A DNA stretch of 60,544 nt from positions 1 to 60,544 of the IMG/VR virus record IMGVR_UViG_3300048996_000071. One strand, given 5' to 3'. Below the pieces are notes generated by a model, which was given only the letters and a program-made list of their open reading frames with translations, ran no database searches and had not been told where the DNA came from. Below are positions 54,259 to 60,544 of this stretch, piece after piece. Origin of the DNA: a virus. Lineage: Duplodnaviria; Caudoviricetes. The position numbers were made by a program, and so were the translations under genes. The stretch's first letter is position 1. Every line of letters begins with the position of its first letter.

Positions 54259-55431
54259 TTACTTCCTCCTAGTTACCCTGACGTAGGACTCGCCGTACTT
54301 CTTCTTGGTGATACCCCTGACGGCGGCTTGCTGTGAAGGTGTCAGCCTGCCACTCAGTATCAGGTCGTCGACGACGCTTAGCGTGAGCCGCCCCTTGCAC
54401 TCGGCCACGATGGCCGGGCCGAGGATCGCGGACAGCTTATCGAAGTCCATGTCTCGGCGGCCGGACGCCCCGACCTTGACCCTGCCGACCGGAGCGTCCC
54501 ACTCGATCTGATCCGTCTCCTCGCCGTGCATCAGGAGTCGCTTCTCAACCTCGTTCTTTAGCTGATTGAGACCCTTGAGTTTGTCGGCGATGTCAGCCAT
54601 CACCTCAGCCAGGTCGTCAATGTCCAGGCCCATGACGCCGCCCGCGTCGATGTTCGACCTGAGCTTCAAGCACGAAGGCTTGCGGACACAGTATGTGCAC
54701 TCCGGATTAAGCTGCTCGGAGGCGTCATCCTCGTCGGTGTCCATGATGTCCTGGGCGATCTGCTTGAGGGTCTGCCAGGTGTTCTTAGCATCCTCGCGAG
54801 TGAAGACTACGCCGATCTTCTCATGGCGGAGGAAGTCGAAGTCCACCCAGATGCGTGTGGCGTTCGGGTACAGGATCAGCGCGGCTAGCGCGTACACCTT
54901 CGCCTGGATATTCTCTCTGAGATCCTCGGCTCGCAGTGGCTGCCGCTGCGACTTGTAGTCCACCACCCGGATCTCGCCGCCACCAAGGTCGTCGAACCTG
55001 TCCATGATGTAATTGAACCGGATCTTGATGATCTCGTTGGCGACACGATCCAGCACCGGCACCTCGAAGAAGTTCTTCTCTTCGAGGCTGATGATCTTGC
55101 AGCCGATGATATCTTCGAGCATGTAGGGGCGATTGAACCAGCCGATGAGGATCGCGCGTCCCTCGCGGTACCACTCGGTGTTGATGTCCGGACTGATCAA
55201 CTGCTTGTAGTACTTGTCGTACAGTTCGAGGAGTACGTCCTCTTCCCACATGTACGTCTTGTGGATCTTCACGCCGCCGATGAAGTCCTCAAGGGCGGCG
55301 TGAAGCGTGGTGCCCAGCAGGGCGGCATCGCCTTGGAAGTTGGCGCCACGATGGATGTTCTCAGCCACGAACCGCGACGGACACGCCATCCACGTCTTGA
55401 TCGACGAGGCGCTCAGTGTCTTAGGAAGCAC
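54259..55431 (-). CDS. PD-(D/E)XK RecB/Cas4-like exonuclease
   Basis: LSASSIKTW..CP, GTTLH, MDR...VVDYKS, C.YC....C; GTG 55431 with GGAG RBS (frame open to 55617). Confidence 0.85.
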   Translation of the reverse strand: MLPKTLSASSIKTWMACPSRFVAENIHRGANFQGDAALLGTTLHAALEDFIGGVKIHKTYMWEEDVLLELYDKYYKQLISPDINTEWYREGRAILIGWFNRPYMLEDIIGCKIISLEEKNFFEVPVLDRVANEIIKIRFNYIMDRFDDLGGGEIRVVDYKSQRQPLRAEDLRENIQAKVYALAALILYPNATRIWVDFDFLRHEKIGVVFTREDAKNTWQTLKQIAQDIMDTDEDDASEQLNPECTYCVRKPSCLKLRSNIDAGGVMGLDIDDLAEVMADIADKLKGLNQLKNEVEKRLLMHGEETDQIEWDAPVGRVKVGASGRRDMDFDKLSAILGPAIVAECKGRLTLSVVDDLILSGRLTPSQQAAVRGITKKKYGESYVRVTRRK

Positions 55432-55620
55432 TCTTGGTCTCCTTGCCAGCCGCCCGAGTCCGACGCTTTCCGCCCCAGACGCCGTATCGCTCATCCCGCC
55501 GAATTGCACTCGTGTCGCACTCCCGGCGAACCGGGCAGCCGAAGCACCATCCAGCCACGGCGTCGTCGCCTGTCTCCGACTTCCCAGGATAGAAGATGTC
55601 CTGGTAACTCTCGACACCGA

Positions 55621-56124
55621 CTATGTCGCCGGCGGGACCTCGCCAGTAGTCTCGACAGGCAGCACGACCGCGCCAGTCGTCTTCGCCTGAAACTGCTGCT
55701 TGAACTTCTCGAGTGCTGCCTTCTCCGCATCCGCAGTCATTGCCGGCAGTTCCAACGGGGACGTCTGGCTCTCCGTCGATGCTGGCGTCGGGGTCTCCAG
55801 CGTAGTACTCTTGGACGACTCGCCTTCGGATGGCGTAGCACTGTCGGTCACAGACGAGTCCGCACCTTTTGGGTCACTGCCCTCGCTGGCCTCACCTTCA
55901 CTGGACTCTTCCGCACTGGCGGGCGCTGGCGGCTTCGGAAGTTCGACGTCGGATGCGACGACCTTGACGCGGAAGTCGACAACCTTCTCCTCGGCGGGGA
56001 GGATGGTTGACTCGTCGGCAGGGATGATTCCTTCCTTCTGTCCGGCGGTTGGCCCACCGAGGCGGGGACGGTTGAAGACGATGAGCGGGAAGATCGCCCG
56101 CGGCTCAGCTGGTGTTTCGGTCAT
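55621..56124 (-). CDS. low-complexity Ser/Thr/Glu-rich protein
   Basis: 167-aa ORF. Confidence 0.6.
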   Translation of the reverse strand: MTETPAEPRAIFPLIVFNRPRLGGPTAGQKEGIIPADESTILPAEEKVVDFRVKVVASDVELPKPPAPASAEESSEGEASEGSDPKGADSSVTDSATPSEGESSKSTTLETPTPASTESQTSPLELPAMTADAEKAALEKFKQQFQAKTTGAVVLPVETTGEVPPAT

Positions 56125-56152
56125 TTGTGGTCCCTTGTGTCCCGGGGGTGGA

Positions 56153-56905
56153 CTAGAACAGGTTTGTTGAGGTTTCGACCAGGCGACGATCGGCCTTCGC
56201 CCACCGCACCGGGTCTAACTCGATGCCAACTGCTGGTCGGCCGAGGTTCCTGGCGGCGATGACCGTAGATGCCGACCCGCCAAAGGGATCGACGATGAAG
56301 TCGCCACGATTGGTGCTCGGCTTGATGAGCATCTCGAGCAGGGCCGGCGGCTTCTCGTGCGGGTGGATGAGCTTGTCGGGGCGAATCTGTGGGACGTGAA
56401 GCACGGCGTTGCGCCGCTTGTCCGACAGTGGGCGGTTACCCTTCTTGAGGTAGAGGATGAACTCGATCCCCTGTCCCCACGAAGCTAGGTTACCCTGGCC
56501 TGGACCATCCTTTTCCCAAACCAAGATAGCAGACCGACGGTACCCGTGTCTAGTCAAACTATCGGCTACTTTTAGCCACTCATCCAAGACCTGATGGGCG
56601 GTGAAGATGTACAGGTCGGCCTCGTCCACGGTGGCCGGAAGCAGGCTGTCCATCACATCCTGAAAGACTGCAATGGCTTCTTCAGGAGTGCTGTCGTTCA
56701 GGATCTTCGTGGCATTCGCCTTGCCCTCTGGCGTGGTAGACGAATTGCTCTGGTTGTCGACACCGAAGGGCGGGTCAGTGATTACACAGGCAACCCGGCG
56801 CTTCGCCTGAAACCGCTTGCACAGTTCAATACTGTCACCCTGCCAGAGCTGGTGGGCCTCCGCGTTCATACCGGGAACTGTCGGGGCTGTCGCTGCTGCT
56901 GTCAA
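56153..56905 (-). CDS. DNA amino-methyltransferase (N6A/N4C, beta class)
   Basis: TDPPF, HPHEKP, DPFGGSAST, GIELD. Confidence 0.88.
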   Translation of the reverse strand: MTAAATAPTVPGMNAEAHQLWQGDSIELCKRFQAKRRVACVITDPPFGVDNQSNSSTTPEGKANATKILNDSTPEEAIAVFQDVMDSLLPATVDEADLYIFTAHQVLDEWLKVADSLTRHGYRRSAILVWEKDGPGQGNLASWGQGIEFILYLKKGNRPLSDKRRNAVLHVPQIRPDKLIHPHEKPPALLEMLIKPSTNRGDFIVDPFGGSASTVIAARNLGRPAVGIELDPVRWAKADRRLVETSTNLF

Positions 56906-57149
56906 CGATCTCGCCGTCCATTACTCGTTGTTCCGGGGATAGATAAAGCAATGCGGCCAGTAATGCGCCGACCGGGTTTGCGTCCTGATCGATCAGGACG
57001 GCCTGCGTGTAGTGGCCGAGGGCCGGGCCACGATCGACGTTGACCTTCATGTGATACTCGACTGACTTCCCATAGCGCCGCATGGGCGAGAGGTCAACAG
57101 TGCCGACCTGCTCGCCCATGCCGTCACGTATGGTGACGTGAAGTTCCAT
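56835..57149 (-). CDS. hypothetical protein
   Basis: Start coupled to the upstream stop. Confidence 0.55.
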   Translation of the reverse strand: MELHVTIRDGMGEQVGTVDLSPMRRYGKSVEYHMKVNVDRGPALGHYTQAVLIDQDANPVGALLAALLYLSPEQRVMDGEIVDSSSDSPDSSRYERGGPPALAG

Positions 57150-57778
57150 CAGAAGTCAAAGAGGCTCGCGGACGCGTTGCCGTCCTCTTCGTTGGAGTTC
57201 CGGAAGATCTGCTCGATGCGCTCCCACACGAACGATGGCAGCTCATCTGGGTCCGGCGAGATGAACGGCTGAATCGAGATGACGACCAGACCCTCCGGCA
57301 CCTCCTCGCCGCACTGATAGAAGACGTTGCGTTGCGCGCGCACCTGCGTGTCGTTGTTCAGGAGCAGGCCCTGTACCGCGTCTTCGGCTGCCTTCACCAT
57401 GTTGGTCAGGTCGGCGGCCTTGTCGACGATGCGCCTGCCGTTGACCTCGGCGACTTCCAACTTCTGCCAGAAGTGGAACGTCAGCTCGACGTGCGCCCCG
57501 GCCCACAACGAACGATCCTTCGCCTTGGCCGGATCGCCCGTGACGTATCGGCGCAGGTCAGGGAACTTCTTGAGCAGCTTGGCGTCGATGAACTCGCGGA
57601 GGTAGGGGTACTCCAAGAGCATCGTCGCCGCCAAGGCGGCCTCATACGCGTGCAGTTCCTGGTTCCGCCCCATCGTGGCGAAAACCTTCCCGGTGGCATT
57701 GCGACCGCTGGACAGCGGTCCGACGGCCCAGGGTCGGGGATTGACTCCGAGCACGTACCAGGTTTTGTTGCTTGTCAT
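57149..57778 (-). CDS. rusA: RusA-like Holliday junction resolvase
   Basis: DLTNMVKAAEDA.QG...NDTQV. Confidence 0.75.
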   Translation of the reverse strand: MTSNKTWYVLGVNPRPWAVGPLSSGRNATGKVFATMGRNQELHAYEAALAATMLLEYPYLREFIDAKLLKKFPDLRRYVTGDPAKAKDRSLWAGAHVELTFHFWQKLEVAEVNGRRIVDKAADLTNMVKAAEDAVQGLLLNNDTQVRAQRNVFYQCGEEVPEGLVVISIQPFISPDPDELPSFVWERIEQIFRNSNEEDGNASASLFDF

Positions 57779-57796
57779 ACGTGGTCCCTCCAGGTG

Positions 57797-58150
57797 CTAG
57801 TGAAACAGGTGACCGTAGTACTTGACGAGAACGAAGGCAATCGTGATGCTGATGACGCCGAGGCAGAGCAGCGCGAGGAGCGCTGACAACGCATGGCCGA
57901 ACCATCTCATCACAATGCCAGGCCGATAGGTCTGCTTCTGCCGCTCCGCTGTCCGGGTGTCAATCTCGGCGACGAACTTGTCAACGTTATCCTTGCCCGT
58001 CTTCGGCATGACTGACGTATCGCCGGGGCGCGCGAAGATCCTCGTCTCACGGCTGTCGGCAACCCTGGGGATGGGCTGCGTCTGATCTCGGCCGTCCTCG
58101 GCGAACTCGGGACGCCGTCGGTGTCCGTATCTTCCTGATGGACCCGCCAT
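57797..58150 (-). CDS. membrane protein
   Basis: C-terminal transmembrane segment; GGAG RBS. Confidence 0.6.
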   Translation of the reverse strand: MAGPSGRYGHRRRPEFAEDGRDQTQPIPRVADSRETRIFARPGDTSVMPKTGKDNVDKFVAEIDTRTAERQKQTYRPGIVMRWFGHALSALLALLCLGVISITIAFVLVKYYGHLFH

Positions 58151-58159
58151 GCCTAACTC

Positions 58160-58540
58160 CTAGGGCAGCTCGTATGGATAACTCATGGTAAGGCTGTAGT
58201 ACCAGATCGACATGTCGACGGTCAGCGCAAGATTAAGCTCTGCGGTTGCCCCTCGTGACTTCATCCAGCCGGGGAGCAGGATGATTCCGTCACAGGCGAG
58301 AAGAATCCTGAAGTCAGCCTTCAGGTATTCCGCGTACGGCTTGCTGCCGCGCTCCTCGGGTGTCTCGCCGTGGTCAACCTCGTGTGGCGAAAGGACATCG
58401 TACCCCTGCCCTCGCAGGCGCGTCGCCGCCTTTTCGAAGTAGGGAAAGTTGTGATCTTCGATGCCGGCCATCGGCCCGGCCAGGTAGTAGTGCATCGACG
58501 CTGTGCTGCCGATGCCCTTGCGTAGGGGCGCCTTCCTCAT
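58160..58540 (-). CDS. DUF4406/nucleoside deoxyribosyltransferase-like protein
   Basis: YLAGPM.G...NF..F, SP, LLACDGI.LLPGW..SRGA..E. Confidence 0.8.
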   Translation of the reverse strand: MRKAPLRKGIGSTASMHYYLAGPMAGIEDHNFPYFEKAATRLRGQGYDVLSPHEVDHGETPEERGSKPYAEYLKADFRILLACDGIILLPGWMKSRGATAELNLALTVDMSIWYYSLTMSYPYELP

Positions 58541-58691
58541 TATTACCTTCCGGTGTGCGTGTGGCCGAGGAGCACGTGGATATCTTCTGCCTCGGCTACG
58601 ACGTTGTCGAGAGCCGTGTCGTTTCGCGTTATGGCTGCCGACCAAACACGCGGTAGCTTAACTGCCAGCAGGAGATACAAGAAGATCTTCC

Positions 58692-60182
58692 TCATTCCAG
58701 CTCAATCCTCATGCCGGGGGCAGTCAGGCTGATGACAAGACGAGGTGTTCCGAACTTGACAACAATTGACGGCGATGATAGCCTGATCGTGATAGGCACG
58801 CTAGGAGTAGAATCCTGCGGGATGCCGTCGACGTGCTCGTGTTCGATGAGAGCGAAGAGGTCGCTACCTGTGACCGCACCCTTGCCGGTAAAGACTGCGT
58901 CCGACAGGATAAAGGCATCCGTCGAAATGATGCCCATGTGCTCAAGCTCGCTGATCAGTGTAAACTGATCGACAACTCCTAGCGAAACCCTGACCGGTGC
59001 AGTGTCATCCAACATGAACGAATCGGACGCGGTCACGCTACCACGCTGGGCTTCGGATAGCAAGGCCGAATCACTATCGGTCACATTCAGCTTCAGTAGA
59101 GTGTCGGTGAACGTAAACGAGTCGAACTCTTTTACGGCGGCGCTCGATGTCGCATCGCTGAGCATAAAGGTATCACCATCCCTGGTTGACAGAGATGGTG
59201 TAGCTTCCGTCAGACTGAAGGCTTCGGAGATCTTGACAGTGAATGCAGGAGTACCCTCGCCCAGGGAGAACCCATCGGTACTGACGACACTGATTCGTTC
59301 CGACTCTGTCAGTGTAGCCAAATCTGTGCTGGTTGTTGCAACACTCGGAGTACCCTCAACAAGAGTTGCTGAATCTGTATTACTGGTGGAGAGTGTAAAC
59401 GTACTGTCAGAAAGTGTGATGGACTCAATCTCGTGCGTAGCAAGACTGTAGATGCCATCGCTCAGCGTAGCTGAATCTGTACTGGTAGGTCCGCCGCTGC
59501 CGAAGAACCCAGCCGGATCGGCGACGAGACTGATGGCGGGAGTTCCGGTGCGAGACAGTTCATTGCCTCCACCTCCCGTCGCGTCGCTGCGCGAGCCTAT
59601 GCCTGTGTACTCGACCATCCAATCCGGGTTTAGCGCCTGCCAGGTTGTATAGTCGCCTGTTGACAGGCTATCCCATTCAGCGTTGGAAAGTACCCGCTTC
59701 CAGATGGCATCGACTGCGAACTCGCCGTTGATGAACTCCGAGGCAGAGTTCAGAAACTGGCCAATGCGAATCTTGAAGGTCGAATCAGCTGCTGACCCGA
59801 CGCCGACATCGGTCAGGGATGCTGTCGCAGTAAAGTGTGTTAGCGCACTACCAAGGACACCGTAATGTCCGGTGGGGTTACCACTGACATCAACTTTACT
59901 TGCGCCAAGAACCGCCCAGTTTCCGATAACTCCAAGCGATGACAGGTTGGCGCTACTGATTGGACGAGCAATGGTGTTGACGCCGTAGTTCAGTGTGCCG
60001 AACGTCTCGACAAAAAGAACCCCGGCCGCTCCTGAAGAGTTAACGATGTGAGCCAGGGCGCCATTCGATGCGTCACCCAGTTTTACAAGTGAGGCAACGC
60101 TGATAGGTCCGCCATCAACACCGACAAGGTTGCCAATGGAGAAGTCGATCTTAGCATTGTTGCCGTTAAGCGAGTACGCCAT
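58692..60182 (-). CDS. LamG/concanavalin-like domain plus (S/T)D..(F/L)TL(S/T)(D/E) repeat protein, probably virion-associated
   Basis: N-terminal IGQ...INGE....IW.RVLS; about 14 periodic Ser/Thr/Asp repeats. Confidence 0.7.
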   Translation of the reverse strand: MAYSLNGNNAKIDFSIGNLVGVDGGPISVASLVKLGDASNGALAHIVNSSGAAGVLFVETFGTLNYGVNTIARPISSANLSSLGVIGNWAVLGASKVDVSGNPTGHYGVLGSALTHFTATASLTDVGVGSAADSTFKIRIGQFLNSASEFINGEFAVDAIWKRVLSNAEWDSLSTGDYTTWQALNPDWMVEYTGIGSRSDATGGGGNELSRTGTPAISLVADPAGFFGSGGPTSTDSATLSDGIYSLATHEIESITLSDSTFTLSTSNTDSATLVEGTPSVATTSTDLATLTESERISVVSTDGFSLGEGTPAFTVKISEAFSLTEATPSLSTRDGDTFMLSDATSSAAVKEFDSFTFTDTLLKLNVTDSDSALLSEAQRGSVTASDSFMLDDTAPVRVSLGVVDQFTLISELEHMGIISTDAFILSDAVFTGKGAVTGSDLFALIEHEHVDGIPQDSTPSVPITIRLSSPSIVVKFGTPRLVISLTAPGMRIELE

Positions 60183-60196
60183 GGCTCACCTCGTCG

Positions 60197-60544
60197 TTAG
60201 GCCAGCGAAAGGGTGACGGCCAGATCCAGGGCGACAGCCGACGTCTTGGTCACCATGGTCACGACGCGGCGGTTCAGCATGCGGCCGGTTGCCGCCGTCG
60301 CCGAGTTGAAGAGTCCCCACTCGTTCCACTGAAAATTGGCCTCAGTGGTTGCGAACGTCGACTTGAAGTCGATGCTCGCACTGCCAACCACTACGCCGTC
60401 GGTGTGCAGGGGGTATGTCGCGAGCATCCCCTTGCGGATCTTGTTGGTAGGTGCCGCCGCACCCTGCAGATCCGTCTGCGTAGCCGCCGCTGCGGTGGTC
60501 GAGTCGCCAACCCCGAGCGCCGCGTTCGCGTTGTTGAAGAAGGT
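60197..60544 (-). CDS. tail-fibre/collar-like structural protein (5' part outside the window)
   Basis: LGVGDSTTA...QTDL...F...EANFQWNEWGLFN motif; frame open to the window edge. Confidence 0.65.
   Translation of the reverse strand, partial: TFFNNANAALGVGDSTTAAAATQTDLQGAAAPTNKIRKGMLATYPLHTDGVVVGSASIDFKSTFATTEANFQWNEWGLFNSATAATGRMLNRRVVTMVTKTSAVALDLAVTLSLA

Noticed and set aside
54259-55431. CRISPR-associated Cas4
   Set aside because: No cas genes or array; a stand-alone PD-(D/E)XK exonuclease is common in phages.
1-60544. Integrase, att sites or prophage boundaries
   Set aside because: No recombinase motifs or host genes are visible, so lifestyle cannot be assigned from this window.

Overview
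This window is part of a GC-rich tailed phage genome with siphovirus-type gene order. The host is probably actinobacterial, judged from leaderless TTGACA-17-TAGGAT promoters, a GGGGGAA tail frameshift and an actinobacterial-type parS. Both window ends fall inside genes. Layout: (1) 1-15.2 kb, a leftward accessory/early arm with a MoxR-type AAA ATPase, an HExxH/VWA-type partner, many small ORFs, tRNA-Met and several structured non-coding stretches; (2) 15.2-17.7 kb, a non-coding control region with parS, tandem palindromes and AT-rich iteron-like repeats; (3) 17.7-22 kb, an HTH protein, a Zn-finger helicase and an AEP primase; (4) 22.2-52.5 kb, a rightward packaging, head, tail and lysis operon; (5) 52.5-60.5 kb, leftward MazG-like, PD-(D/E)XK nuclease, DNA methyltransferase, RusA-like, DUF4406-like and LamG-repeat genes. 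No integrase or DNA polymerase is visible. The most striking signal is a family of about 11 tRNA-'top-half' mimics in the early arm. Each has a 7-nt T-loop on a constant 12-bp acceptor/T stack with compensatory base changes and no anticodon. Most sit at or just after a stop codon, and most are followed by a conserved ~46-51 nt promoter/RBS module, so the arm reads as a tRNA-punctuated gene-cassette array. All product calls come from motifs and synteny read by eye; no searches were run.
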